From a virus: a stretch of 64,000 bases of DNA. The position numbers and the translations under genes are program-made. The DNA is taken from the IMG/VR virus record IMGVR_UViG_3300035670_011224, positions 88,430-152,429 of that record; one strand, given 5' to 3'. Shown here piece by piece: positions 1-10,084 of the stretch; the first letter of the stretch is position 1; the number at the start of each line of letters is the position of its first letter. The notes under the pieces are model-generated. The model saw nothing but the letters and a program-made list of their open reading frames with translations, was not told the DNA's origin and did not search any database.

Positions 1-865
1 GGGTCTTTGTTTGGGTGGGCGTTTTTGTAGGAGTTCTTGTTTGTGTTGGTGTTTTTGTTGGTGTTTTTGTTGGTGTTCTGGTTGGCGTTTTTGTAGGTGT
101 TCTGGTTGGATTCGGAGTTTTAGTGGGAGTTCGTGTTTGTGTTGGTGTTGGTGTGCTAGTTTTTGTTGGTGTTGGAGTAATAGTAGGTGTTAGAGTATTG
201 GTAGGAGTATTTGTTGGAGTTGGAGTTGGTGTTTTTGATGGTAAAATAATAGGACTAGTACTACTACAATTAATAAATAAATTACTAATAATATTAACTA
301 AATCACCATTTGTTTGTATCGGATCACTAGTATACAAAGGATTTGTCACACCTTTTTTATATAGTTTTATTATGTGATAATTATTTTCTTTACTATTTTT
401 ACTAGTATTATAATTTTTGAAATCTAATGATAAATTACAAGAACAAGGCCGAATTATTTCGGCAGATGCGCAAAAATTGCCAATATTATCAAACCATGTT
501 CCAGTATCAAAGATACCCAAATAAAGATATCCTGTTGTTGATGCTGTAAATATATGATTAGTTCCTATTGTAATACTATTATTTGTAGTAAAAGGTATTG
601 TGCTACTATTTATATTAGATATAACACCAAAAGCAGTATTATAGTACAGTCCATTGAATCCATTTGCGTCGCTATTACAAAAAGTTCCATAATAACATGA
701 TACGCATCCTCTAACATTCACAGAAACTATATCTCCAGCATTTACAAACAATGATGTGTTTTTTAAGGTTGAGCCATCATTATAGTTTAATCTGGTTTCA
801 TTATTATTACAAATTGTTTCAATAATATTAGAACAATTATTTTGTATATTATTAGTATTATTCAT
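1..865 (-). CDS. Putative virion fibre/adhesin, N-terminal part (runs off the window): lectin-like beta-sandwich followed by a Thr-Pro linker
   Basis: Not in the ORF track because it has no stop in the window. Translated by hand from ATG at 865: MNNTNNIQNNCSNIIETICNNNETRLNYNDGSTLKNTSLFVNAGDIVSVNVRGCVSC...GYLYLGIFDTGTWFDNIGNFCAS..., then TPTPTPTNTPT...KTPTRTPTKTPT to the window edge; the frame stays open throughout. Confidence 0.8.
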   Translation of the reverse strand, partial: MNNTNNIQNNCSNIIETICNNNETRLNYNDGSTLKNTSLFVNAGDIVSVNVRGCVSCYYGTFCNSDANGFNGLYYNTAFGVISNINSSTIPFTTNNSITIGTNHIFTASTTGYLYLGIFDTGTWFDNIGNFCASAEIIRPCSCNLSLDFKNYNTSKNSKENNYHIIKLYKKGVTNPLYTSDPIQTNGDLVNIISNLFINCSSTSPIILPSKTPTPTPTNTPTNTLTPTITPTPTKTSTPTPTQTRTPTKTPNPTRTPTKTPTRTPTKTPTKTPTQTRTPTKTPTQTKT

Positions 866-883
866 AATGTATTACTTAAAATT

Positions 884-3800
884 TTATGTTGTAATTATTC
901 TTTCTGTCCAAGAAATTCCACTATCAGTACTGGTATAAATATGTCCGACATATACAGTGGAAACTAGTTTGGTTCCATCGGCACTACTAGTAATACGATA
1001 CCAGTTTCGATTATTTTCTCTCGCTATCCAAGACACCCCACTATCAATACTTGTATAAATTTGTCCATTTTCTACAACAGCAGCAAGTTTAGTTCCATCA
1101 CTACTACTGGTTATATCTATCCATTGTCTTTGTCCTGATGCAAATCGTGCAATCCAAGTTGCGCCACTATCGGAACTAGTATAAATATATCCATTATATA
1201 CAGTTGCTGCTAATTTAGTTCCATCACTGCTGCTGGTTATAGCAGTCCAAGCATGAACCATATTAGAAATAGATCTGACTGTCCAATTTACTCCGCTATC
1301 AGAACTAGTGTAAATATCTCCATTATTAATTGATACTGCTAATTTTACACCATCACTACTACTAGTAACTCTAATTAAACCAGCAGAAATTGTGGTTATT
1401 CTGTTCGTCCAATTAGCTCCACTATCAATACTAGTCGAGACTCCACCGCTATTACTTGCAACTAGCTTAACCCCATTAGAATTACTAGCTATATCAATCC
1501 AAAATATATAATTATTATTTTTTAGTGTCCAATTGATTCCACTATCGGAACTAGTATAAACATCACCATTACCTATAATTGCTACAAGATTATTTCCATC
1601 GTCACTACTAGCAATAGCTTTCCATTGTCGATTACTTTGTGTTGCTAGTCTTGCTATCCAGTTGGTCCCACTGTCACTACTTGTATAAATTTGTCCATTC
1701 CAAGCAACAGCAGCAAGTTTAGTTCCATCACTACTACTGGTAATATCGCTCCATGGTTTGCTATAGTTTGTTGGAGTAACTGTTGGCGTGACTGTTGGTG
1801 TAGTGTTTGGTGTTGTCGCGGGAGTAGATGTTAGCGTAATAGTTGGCGTTGGAGTAGTTGTTTGGGTTACTGTATTTGTGGGAGTAACTGTTGGTGTTAC
1901 TGTTGGAGTAAGAGTATTAGTCTGGGTGGTTGTTGGTGTAACTGTGTTAGATGGAGTAACTGTTGGAGACACTGTTGGTGTTGCCGTATTGGTAGGAGTA
2001 ACTGTCGGTGTTACTGTGTTCGATGTAGTAACAGCTGGTGTTGCTGTAACTGTTGGCGTTGTCGTATTGGATGGAGTAACTGTTGGGGTTACAGTATTAC
2101 TCGGAGTAACTGTTGGGGTTGCAGTATTACTCGGAGTAACTGTTGGGGTTGCAGTATTACTCGGAGTAACTGTTGGGGTCGCAGTATTACTCGGAGTAAC
2201 TGTTGGAGTAACTGTGTTGGATGGAGACACCGTCGGCGTTACTGTTGGAGTAACTGTGTTAGATGGAGACACCGTTGGCGTTGCTGTTGGAGTAATACTA
2301 CTTGTAGGAGTAACTGTCGAAGTGGCTGTTGGTGTGGTGGTTGGTGTTGTTGTTGGAGTAGATGTTGGCGTAATAGTTGGTGTTGGAGTAGGCTTGGGAG
2401 TATTTAGTATAATTTTAATAGATTGATTTTTAATATCACAATAATTATTTTTAATATGAGGATTATAAGAATTTATAGTTGGTTGAATATATGATTGATT
2501 ATTACTAATAATTTTAATATGATTGCTACAAGAGATGTTATTGGATTGTACAACGTGAGGATTAATATGATTAATAGTTGGTGGAGTATACAGCATATTA
2601 TTTCCAATAATTTTTATAGAAGAGTTATTTGAACATTGTTTTTGATATGTTATTGGTTCAACATAAGGATTGTCGCATCCGTAGCATCTAGACTCTTTTG
2701 TTGATGCTTTGATAGTGCTTCCATTGGAACTAGCACAATTACCATAAATTATTATTTGATATTTATCAGTATAAAAATTAGTTATTTCAATAGGATCGAA
2801 TGTGATATTTGTAGAATTAATAACGCAATTATTTTTTTCAACATATTCTTCTACACATATATAATAACAGCATTCTCCAACACAAGACGATGGAAGCGGC
2901 GTAGATGCTGGTGTTGGCGTTGGCGTGAGTGTGGGAGTTGCTGATGGTGGTGGTCGCGGACTTGGGGACGAAGATGGTAATGGCGGAGACGGTGGACTCG
3001 GAGGACTAGGTGGCGATGGTGGACTTGGTGGACTTGGTGGACTTGGAGGCGATGGAGGACTTGGTGGGCTTGGAGGTGATGGAGGACTTGGTGGCGATGG
3101 TGGACTCGGTGGACTTGGAGGTGATGGTGGACTTGGTGGACTTGGTGGCGACGGAGGACTTGGCGGCGATGGTGGACTTGGTGGCGAAGGCGGCGATGGT
3201 GGACTTGGTGGCGAAGGCGGCGATGGTGGACTTGGTGGCGAAGGCGGCGACGGTGGACTTGGAGGCGATGGTGGACTTGGTGGACTTGGTGGACTTGGTG
3301 GACTTGGCGGCGAAGGCGGACTTGGTGGACTTGGTGGCGACGGAGGACTTGGCGGCGAAGGCGGACTTGGTGGACTTGGTGGCGAAGGCGGCGATGGTGG
3401 ACTTGGCGGCGATGGTGGACTTGGCGGTGAAGGAGGACTTGGTGGCGAAGGCGGCGATGGTGGACTCGGTGGACTCGGAGGACTAGGTGGCGACGGAGGA
3501 CCGGGTGGCGGTGGCGGTGGTGGCGGCGAACAACCCTCGCTACTACAAGAAGGACACTGAGGACAAGCAGATGCTCCGCCGCCTTCTTCTATACATTGAC
3601 CACACGTTGGACTAGAAGGATTGGTATCGCAAAATAGAAATTTAGTACAGCACGGATCTTGTTCTGGACAAGGATCCTCTGGTGTGCAGACTTTAACTAG
3701 GTTGTTCGGGCTGTTTGGGCAACAACGACTCTCAGGATTTACTCCATCAGTTTCTTGATTAAAAATTATATTACAATCGTTTTCATCTTTACCCATATAA

Positions 3801-4033
3801 CAACTACCTTGTACTAATCCTGTAAAAACTCCATTCTGATCTGCACAAGCTTCAAAACTTGTAGTATAGAACGGAGCACCTTGACAAGTTCTAAGACCAT
3901 TATTACAATCAACAATTTGCTCAACTGGACATTGTTGATCGCATGGTATCTGTGAAACTATTTTACAAGTGCCACATATACCTCCTTCATATTCTAAACT
4001 ATTAATAGTATCTTGTAATTGTAATTTTTTCAT
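884..4033 (-). CDS. Large modular fibre/adhesin-like protein: Cys-rich N-terminus, (Pro-Pro-Ser)n rod, Thr-Pro linker, C-terminal BNR/Asp-box beta-propeller
   Basis: 1049 aa. The C-terminal ~290 aa has about 7 blades of [13 protein letters not shown]....GxIYTSxDSGxxW (Asp-box SxDxGxTW). Long PPS and TPTVTPSN tracts. No signal peptide. Confidence 0.85.
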   Translation of the reverse strand: MKKLQLQDTINSLEYEGGICGTCKIVSQIPCDQQCPVEQIVDCNNGLRTCQGAPFYTTSFEACADQNGVFTGLVQGSCYMGKDENDCNIIFNQETDGVNPESRCCPNSPNNLVKVCTPEDPCPEQDPCCTKFLFCDTNPSSPTCGQCIEEGGGASACPQCPSCSSEGCSPPPPPPPPGPPSPPSPPSPPSPPSPPSPPSPPSPPSPPSPPSPPSPPSPPSPPSPPSPPSPPSPPSPPSPPSPPSPPSPPSPPSPPSPPSPPSPPSPPSPPSPPSPPSPPSPPSPPSPPSPPSPPSPPSPPSPPSPPSPPSPPSPPSPPSPPSPPSPPSPPSPPSPPSPPSPPSPPSPPSPPLPSSSPSPRPPPSATPTLTPTPTPASTPLPSSCVGECCYYICVEEYVEKNNCVINSTNITFDPIEITNFYTDKYQIIIYGNCASSNGSTIKASTKESRCYGCDNPYVEPITYQKQCSNNSSIKIIGNNMLYTPPTINHINPHVVQSNNISCSNHIKIISNNQSYIQPTINSYNPHIKNNYCDIKNQSIKIILNTPKPTPTPTITPTSTPTTTPTTTPTATSTVTPTSSITPTATPTVSPSNTVTPTVTPTVSPSNTVTPTVTPSNTATPTVTPSNTATPTVTPSNTATPTVTPSNTVTPTVTPSNTTTPTVTATPAVTTSNTVTPTVTPTNTATPTVSPTVTPSNTVTPTTTQTNTLTPTVTPTVTPTNTVTQTTTPTPTITLTSTPATTPNTTPTVTPTVTPTNYSKPWSDITSSSDGTKLAAVAWNGQIYTSSDSGTNWIARLATQSNRQWKAIASSDDGNNLVAIIGNGDVYTSSDSGINWTLKNNNYIFWIDIASNSNGVKLVASNSGGVSTSIDSGANWTNRITTISAGLIRVTSSSDGVKLAVSINNGDIYTSSDSGVNWTVRSISNMVHAWTAITSSSDGTKLAATVYNGYIYTSSDSGATWIARFASGQRQWIDITSSSDGTKLAAVVENGQIYTSIDSGVSWIARENNRNWYRITSSADGTKLVSTVYVGHIYTSTDSGISWTERIITT
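1770..2400 (-). repeat. Thr/Pro-rich coding tandem repeat (30-nt unit, [10 protein letters not shown])
   Basis: Near-identical 30-nt units gcagtattactcggagtaactgttggggtt at about 2090-2200, with degenerate copies either side. Confidence 0.85.
2984..3527 (-). repeat. (Pro-Pro-Ser)n coding repeat, roughly 55-60 units; GC-rich island
   Basis: 9-nt units (ggtggactt / ggcggcgat / ggtggcgaa) with synonymous variation; encodes PPSPPSPPS... Confidence 0.95.
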
Positions 4034-4087
4034 TTTATTTTTTAAAAATAAGAATTCTTTTTAATTAACTGTGATAATATACAGTGA

Positions 4088-5548
4088 TTATGCTCCAGGA
4101 ACATCAATACATATTCCATTTCTACAAATTTGTCGATCAGTACAGCAATTACGTCCACAACAAGGATTATGATCTGGACCGGCGATAGGACACGCCATAA
4201 AATCACAACATACGTATTCACTTTTCTTTAGACATTGTAAATTAGCAATATTAGTAATATCTCCACAACAAACTTCATTGTCTTCACAACAATTTGCGCT
4301 TCCACAACAAAATTTATTATCAGGACATATATGAGCCAACGGCGTACCAGCAAAACAACATTTGCTTCCTCTTTGCTGATAGCAACCACCACCCGGACAA
4401 CAAGTTTCACCAGGATTGCAGCTTTCGATGTCCGATCCTCCTTTATCGGGACAATTTTTACATACTCTTCTACATTTTCCATCTCCGCATACTTTTTCGC
4501 CTTGTTCGCAGCATCTAGGCTGTCCACTCCCATCTTTTCCGGCTCTACGCTCTGAACAACACTGGCCGGCATGCCATTTGTGTCCTTTAGCACAACATAC
4601 TTCTGTATTGCGCTCGGGAGCAGGAAAACACCTTTCTCCTGCTTTTGTGTTGCAGTAAGAACCTGTATCGCAATTACATCGTATAAATCCTGGATATTCG
4701 CAAAATACATTATTACACACTGGATCCCATTGGGCAGTGCCTTTTTTTCCAGATTGTGGAGGGCATGTAAAACAAGTTGGACCCTGAGGTGTGTTCTTGC
4801 AGTCTTCCCTGACACAGCATTTTCCACCACAAGAAATCTCTCTATTACTACAACACTGTTTTGTTCCATCATTTTTCTGTATAATTTTATCAGTCCTACA
4901 ACATGTTCCATTAGATAAACATGAATGTGTAGCCATATTACACGGTTTTTTATTACAGCATACAAATCCGTCCTTGAGCAATATTCCATTACAACATTGC
5001 TCTTCATCTACACAATTATCTTCGCAACATATTTGCCCACTATCAGTATCACAGCCACATCGTTGCTCTCCACACGGTCCTGCGCAATTTGCATCAGCTT
5101 GAGTTGAGAATTCTTCATTATTTACTATAAATCTATCACATTTAGTTTTTATAATTTTACCATCACAACATTCTTCGTCCAGAGCTAAAATCTTTCCGCC
5201 ACAACAGGCTGTTGATAATACGCATTGTCCATTACAACAAGTTTTTATACTATTAGTAGTATCACAACATGAGTCTCCGCAAGTTGTTAATGGAGGTTTT
5301 TGATCTTCACAAGTATGATATTCTGTTGTGCTCCACGATGTATAATGCACACATTCTCCATACTTAATATCTCCATCATTGCAACTATCTCCTAAATTAT
5401 CATTTGTGGAACAATAACAATTATCATCACAATCTTGCTCTAAAAACCACATAGGTTTGGAAAAAATTTCATTTTGAACTTCTATACTAATATGTTCTAA
5501 TGAAGGAATTCCACATCTCCACCAGCAAGAAGAATTACAATTATTCAT
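4088..5548 (-). CDS. Cysteine-rich repeat protein with CC doublets (galaxin/Stig1-like spacing)
   Basis: 486 aa; repeated CC..G..CC / CCNG / CCGG / CCDG units; no signal peptide; co-oriented with its neighbours. Confidence 0.75.
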   Translation of the reverse strand: MNNCNSSCWWRCGIPSLEHISIEVQNEIFSKPMWFLEQDCDDNCYCSTNDNLGDSCNDGDIKYGECVHYTSWSTTEYHTCEDQKPPLTTCGDSCCDTTNSIKTCCNGQCVLSTACCGGKILALDEECCDGKIIKTKCDRFIVNNEEFSTQADANCAGPCGEQRCGCDTDSGQICCEDNCVDEEQCCNGILLKDGFVCCNKKPCNMATHSCLSNGTCCRTDKIIQKNDGTKQCCSNREISCGGKCCVREDCKNTPQGPTCFTCPPQSGKKGTAQWDPVCNNVFCEYPGFIRCNCDTGSYCNTKAGERCFPAPERNTEVCCAKGHKWHAGQCCSERRAGKDGSGQPRCCEQGEKVCGDGKCRRVCKNCPDKGGSDIESCNPGETCCPGGGCYQQRGSKCCFAGTPLAHICPDNKFCCGSANCCEDNEVCCGDITNIANLQCLKKSEYVCCDFMACPIAGPDHNPCCGRNCCTDRQICRNGICIDVPGA

Positions 5549-5578
5549 TTTGATAATCCTTTGAAGTTTTATTTAAAT

Positions 5579-8374
5579 TTAGCACCATTTAATACATTCG
5601 GTATAAGTATCACTATCTTCGTCAATATCACATTTCATACACCTATCTCCAAAACTACAGCCAACACAAGATCCATCAACGCATTTTCTACATAATTTTT
5701 GACTACATTGATTAATACAAACAGCAGAACCTGGAAAAATTGATGAGCTACATATCTCACATTTTGTAGTGTCGCACTTTAGTACACACTCTCCATTTTG
5801 ACACTCTTCGCATTTTTTAGGATCGCACTTAGTGACACATTGTCCATTTATACATACTTCACATTTATTTTTATCACATTTGTTAACACATCCACCTTTA
5901 TTATCACACTCTTCGCATTTTTTACTATCGCAATTGATTATACAATTACCTCTAGAGTCGCATGTTTCGCATTTAGCAGCGTCGCATTTTGCAACACATT
6001 TATTATTTTCGCACTTTTCACATAATATGCTACAATTAGGTACACAATTTCCACGTTCGCATCTTTCGCATTCGTTACATTTTGATTCGCATTTTCCTTT
6101 TCCATCACATATTTCACAATTATTGCGATTACAAACAACAACACAACCGATTGGGCCACATACTTCACATTTGTCTGGATTACATATATATATACAGTTT
6201 TTATTTATACAACTTACGCAAGGATTGTTTTTACATTGCGAAACACAATTTCCACCAATACATTCTTCACATAAAAATTCGTTACATGATGATTTACATA
6301 CTCCTTGATCGCAATATTCACATTCTTTACAAGTAGACACACAATTTCCTTTGCCATCACATTGTAAACATTGTTTTGAGTCACATCCACCATCTACACA
6401 TTGATTATTAACACAAATTTGACAGTCATTACATATGTTGGTACATTTTCCACTAAGATCACAATCCGAACAATCTCCACACTTAGGAACACACTCTCCT
6501 TTTGCATTATCGCATTTTAAACACGGAGATGCTTCCGAACATGATTTATATCCCTTATCGGTACAAACCGTACATGGTGGACCTGATTCTACACAACTTC
6601 TACTACCATTTATCATTACACATTTTCTACCGGAACATTGTGGAGTAGAACATGGATCAACACACTTTCCATTTACACAATCTAAACAAGGATCATCACA
6701 AAAACATTTTTCGTCTTTACATTTGCAAGATCCACATTCACAACAAGGGTCTTTTACACATTTTCCATCTTCACAAATTTCGCATAATAATTCATTGCAT
6801 GACGATTTACAATGTCCATTTTTACATATTTCGCAATTATCTGGTTTACAAAATATTTTACAATCACCGAATTCTTTATCGCACTCTTCACATTGTTCGG
6901 CTCTGCAAGTATATACGCATCTTCCTTGACCATCACACTCTAAACATTTTTTTGGATCACATGATGATACACACTGTCCATTTTCACATATTTCGCAATT
7001 TAGATAATCACAACTATCTTTACAAAAAGATCCAGTACATCTCAAACAATTATTACTATCGCAACTATCTACACATTTTCCATTTTCACAGTCGTAGCAG
7101 CCGTTACATTTGGGTGTACACCATCCACCAGAACAAATTTCACATTCATTGCATTGATTTTTACATACTCCGTTGTCACAAATTTCGCATTTACTTTTGT
7201 CACATTTAGAATAACATCTTCCAGATAAACATTCTAAGCAGCTTTTGGGATCGCAAGGATCTACGCATTTAGAATTACCGTCACAAACTAAACATGAATT
7301 TTTACCACCACAAGCACTTACACATTGGTCATTTTCGCACACCATACAATTTTTACCGTCACAACCATCCACGCACTGATCGTCGATACATCTTTGACAA
7401 CCACTACACGAATTGTAACATGTGCCATCGCAACGCAAACAATTACCACTACATTTTGGAACACATTCACCTGTTTGATAATTACATACTAAACACGAAG
7501 ACGCTTGAGAACATGGTAGATAACCCTGTTGTGTACAAGCTCTACAAAATCCTCCATTATCAACACACGAAGGTTCTCCATCTACTAAAACACATTTTCT
7601 ACCAGGACACTCTGGTGTAGTACATCGATCAACACACTCTCCGTCTTTACAAACTTCACAAGCACTATCACAAACACATGTTTCGTTTTCGCATTTACAA
7701 GATCCACATTCGCAGCAAGGATCTTTTACACATTCACCGTCTTCGCAAATTTCACATTCTTTACAAATTGATTCACAAACATCTCCTGCGCAACGTTGAC
7801 AATTTTCTTTCTTACAAGGATTAATGCATTTACCATTTTCACAAACATTACATCCTTTACAGATTATACCACAACATTTATCTCTATTTCCACAACAAGG
7901 ATCATTTGATCCGCAACATGGATCGGTGTTATTGCAGCATGGTCCACGACAATTTTTATATCCGCCGGGAGACGGCGGGCTTGGTGGACTTGGTGGACTA
8001 GGAGGAGACGGCGGGCTCGGAGGAGGCGGTGAAGGAGGAGGAGGTGGTGGTGGTGGTGGTGGTGGTGGTGGTGGTGGTGGTGGTGGTGGTGGTGGAGGTG
8101 GCGGGGGAGGAGGTGGAGGAGATGGCGGTGGCGGGGGTGGAGGCGAAGGAGGTGGCGACGATGAACATATTCCTCCATAAACCTGGCCATTTGTTGGGTT
8201 GGCTACTGGAGGAGGTGGACAAAAAGGTTCACATCCATCGGGACAAGGTATAGATATCATCCATGTACAAGATTGAGATCCATCATCATTGGCCACACAA
8301 ACAGCAGTGTATTGACAGTCACATCCTGGTGTGCTGGCTAGTGGTTCTATATTAAAAATATTTTTTATTTTCAT
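5579..8374 (-). CDS. Very Cys-rich repeat protein with a poly-Pro/PPS linker and >30 CxxCxxGxC-type repeats
   Basis: 931 aa; ~20-aa unit C(D)PxxCExCxNGxCVxx; poly-Pro tract near the N-terminus; ~100-aa internal duplication. Confidence 0.85.
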   Translation of the reverse strand: MKIKNIFNIEPLASTPGCDCQYTAVCVANDDGSQSCTWMISIPCPDGCEPFCPPPPVANPTNGQVYGGICSSSPPPSPPPPPPPSPPPPPPPPPPPPPPPPPPPPPPPPPPPPPSPPPPSPPSPPSPPSPPSPPSPGGYKNCRGPCCNNTDPCCGSNDPCCGNRDKCCGIICKGCNVCENGKCINPCKKENCQRCAGDVCESICKECEICEDGECVKDPCCECGSCKCENETCVCDSACEVCKDGECVDRCTTPECPGRKCVLVDGEPSCVDNGGFCRACTQQGYLPCSQASSCLVCNYQTGECVPKCSGNCLRCDGTCYNSCSGCQRCIDDQCVDGCDGKNCMVCENDQCVSACGGKNSCLVCDGNSKCVDPCDPKSCLECLSGRCYSKCDKSKCEICDNGVCKNQCNECEICSGGWCTPKCNGCYDCENGKCVDSCDSNNCLRCTGSFCKDSCDYLNCEICENGQCVSSCDPKKCLECDGQGRCVYTCRAEQCEECDKEFGDCKIFCKPDNCEICKNGHCKSSCNELLCEICEDGKCVKDPCCECGSCKCKDEKCFCDDPCLDCVNGKCVDPCSTPQCSGRKCVMINGSRSCVESGPPCTVCTDKGYKSCSEASPCLKCDNAKGECVPKCGDCSDCDLSGKCTNICNDCQICVNNQCVDGGCDSKQCLQCDGKGNCVSTCKECEYCDQGVCKSSCNEFLCEECIGGNCVSQCKNNPCVSCINKNCIYICNPDKCEVCGPIGCVVVCNRNNCEICDGKGKCESKCNECERCERGNCVPNCSILCEKCENNKCVAKCDAAKCETCDSRGNCIINCDSKKCEECDNKGGCVNKCDKNKCEVCINGQCVTKCDPKKCEECQNGECVLKCDTTKCEICSSSIFPGSAVCINQCSQKLCRKCVDGSCVGCSFGDRCMKCDIDEDSDTYTECIKWC
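8043..8093. repeat. Pure (GGT)17 trinucleotide run encoding poly-proline
   Basis: Uninterrupted ggt repeats on the + strand within the 931-aa gene. Confidence 0.9.
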
Positions 8375-8793
8375 AGTATATTATTTTTATTCATATTAAT
8401 TGTTTCTATAAGTTTAGTTTTAGAAATAATTTTTAATTTTAGATCAAAAAAATAATCGATAATATAATTATTAGTATCAGTTAAATTAGTATAATTAATA
8501 TCTATACTTTTTTTAGAATACTTAAACATATCTATATATTCATTTGAGTCTAAAATTTTTGTTCTAATTCCATGACTACTTAGAATACTATTAGCTTCTA
8601 GTGCTCGATCATATCTATAAAGAGTATTAAATATATTTAGTAAATTATTGATACTATCTTCTATTATAAAATCCATATCGTTTGATTTACTCATTATTTT
8701 ATATCCATAATAATTAGCTGCAACACTTCCTGTTAGTATCATATTAACGTTATTATTTAATAATTCTTGTATTAATTTTAATCTTGGCGTCAT
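8371..8793 (-). CDS. Pol-beta-fold nucleotidyltransferase-like protein
   Basis: LTGSVAANYYG...NDMDFII matches the GS...DxD nucleotidyltransferase signature. Confidence 0.65.
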   Translation of the reverse strand: MTPRLKLIQELLNNNVNMILTGSVAANYYGYKIMSKSNDMDFIIEDSINNLLNIFNTLYRYDRALEANSILSSHGIRTKILDSNEYIDMFKYSKKSIDINYTNLTDTNNYIIDYFFDLKLKIISKTKLIETINMNKNNIL

Positions 8794-8830
8794 AAAAAAT
8801 AAGCCAAGGTTATTAGCCCTGGCTTATTAT
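8794..8830 (-). terminator. Rho-independent terminator
   Basis: Minus strand AATAAGCCAGGG-CTAATAA-CCTTGGCTTATT-TTTT, just downstream of 8857..9384. Confidence 0.75.
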
Positions 8831-8856
8831 AAACAAACTATTAGTTAAAATTATAA

Positions 8857-9384
8857 TCAGCCGGTTTTGGCTTTATAATTATCTTGAACCGGAACCTTGG
8901 CTCCTGTTTTGTATACCAATTCACCAGGAACGCTACGGGTTGGTGTTGCTGCTTCGTCTGTGCCTGGACTTTCTGTTGTGGCTGTTGGAGGAGTAGTCCA
9001 AGTGCCAGTATAGATATTCCAGTAACCAGCTCTTATAGCAGTAGCAATTTTATTAACTTTGTAACTTTCTCTTTTGTGAAGTAGTCTTAAATTACCAGGA
9101 ACAAGAGCACCACTTTGTAGAAATGGCTTACTAACTGTAGCAAGGGTTGTTGTTACTCTTTTTGCTACTGGTCTTTGATTGTCATATTTGAATGTGCCAG
9201 CGCTTAAAGATTTGTCTGTGTCTGCTCCGTCTACCACAGTAGAACCAAAAACACTAACATTTTGATCGCCTAAAGCCACATTATCAACTAGTGTTGATGA
9301 ACCAGCATTTTTCACAGCACCGCCAACATTTTTGGTGCTAGTTGCTGTTACAGCAGATGTACCATCGCTTTGAACTGTTGCCAT
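8857..9384 (-). CDS. Probable abundant virion structural protein
   Basis: 175 aa, Thr/Ala/Val/Gly-rich, starts MAT; GGAGA SD, upstream GGTGTATAAT motif and downstream terminator. Confidence 0.55.
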   Translation of the reverse strand: MATVQSDGTSAVTATSTKNVGGAVKNAGSSTLVDNVALGDQNVSVFGSTVVDGADTDKSLSAGTFKYDNQRPVAKRVTTTLATVSKPFLQSGALVPGNLRLLHKRESYKVNKIATAIRAGYWNIYTGTWTTPPTATTESPGTDEAATPTRSVPGELVYKTGAKVPVQDNYKAKTG

Positions 9385-9417
9385 AATAAAATCTCCATTA
9401 TGTTAGGAATGCAACAG

Positions 9418-9427
9418 ATTATACACC
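9418..9427 (-). promoter_or_regulatory. GGTGTAW recurrent motif (putative phage-sigma promoter)
   Basis: GGTGTATAAT about 37 nt upstream of ATG 9384; the motif recurs upstream of at least 7 other genes. Confidence 0.6.
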
Positions 9428-9433
9428 AAAAAA

Positions 9434-10084
9434 TTATATTGATGAAATATTTTGATTAAATAATTTTAATCCATTAATATTACTAACTCTGATGCCGGCC
9501 ATACCAGACTTGATAATATTATCTATATGTTCTTTTGTCCAAATATTTCCAGTAAGAATAATATTTATATTTACATTTTTTTTACTAATCATACTAGCAG
9601 CAATAATATTATCATTAATATCGTCTAAAAAGTATCCTGTTGATAAAAGAATAGTAGAAATACCAAAATCTAGCAAAATTTGTGTTAACTTATATAATAA
9701 TTCATAAGAATATTTCCTATATTCTAATATATATCGTATATCAATATTATGCTCTATTCCTAGATTATTAAAATTTCTAATATCCTCTCTAAATTTATCA
9801 TATTTCCTATTTCCAATAAGTTGAGCAGGAAATGTGACGTCTAGCACTCTAGCGCCATTTTTTATGGCAAATTCTCCCATAGTTAATCTTGTTTTACCAT
9901 CGTTAATACCAATGGGAAAATCTATTGGACAAATTATTGGAATATTAGTTAATTGAGCAACATTTTTTGCATAATAAGAAAAAACTGAAATATAATCGGG
10001 TTTATATTTAATAGCTTCTAGAATAATTTCTTTGTTCTCATGTTCATTGAGAGTATAATCATGTTGACAAAACTCTAGAAGCAT
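9434..10084 (-). CDS. deoC: DeoC (deoxyribose-phosphate aldolase)-like TIM barrel, apparently lacking the catalytic lysines
   Basis: IDFPIG, AIKNGARVLDV; RYILE corresponds to KVIIE, LLSTG to KTSTG, GNIWT to GGIRT. Confidence 0.75.
   Translation of the reverse strand: MLLEFCQHDYTLNEHENKEIILEAIKYKPDYISVFSYYAKNVAQLTNIPIICPIDFPIGINDGKTRLTMGEFAIKNGARVLDVTFPAQLIGNRKYDKFREDIRNFNNLGIEHNIDIRYILEYRKYSYELLYKLTQILLDFGISTILLSTGYFLDDINDNIIAASMISKKNVNINIILTGNIWTKEHIDNIIKSGMAGIRVSNINGLKLFNQNISSI

Noticed and set aside
2090-2200. 30-nt direct repeats resembling a CRISPR array
   Set aside because: No spacers, in-frame coding repeat, no cas genes.
11-3560. + strand ORFs rich in VGV, GGDGGL and MVDL (11..193, 15..377, 1788..2426, 1862..2407, 2925..3560, 3010..3486), superficially membrane- or collagen-like
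   Set aside because: Antisense shadows of the Thr-Pro and PPS repeats; stop-free only because of repeat composition.
5798-7620. His-rich + strand ORFs
   Set aside because: Antisense of TGT/TGC-rich Cys codons.
7824-8253. Poly-Gly, poly-His, poly-Thr and poly-Val ORFs
   Set aside because: Alternative frames of the (GGT)n run within the 931-aa gene.
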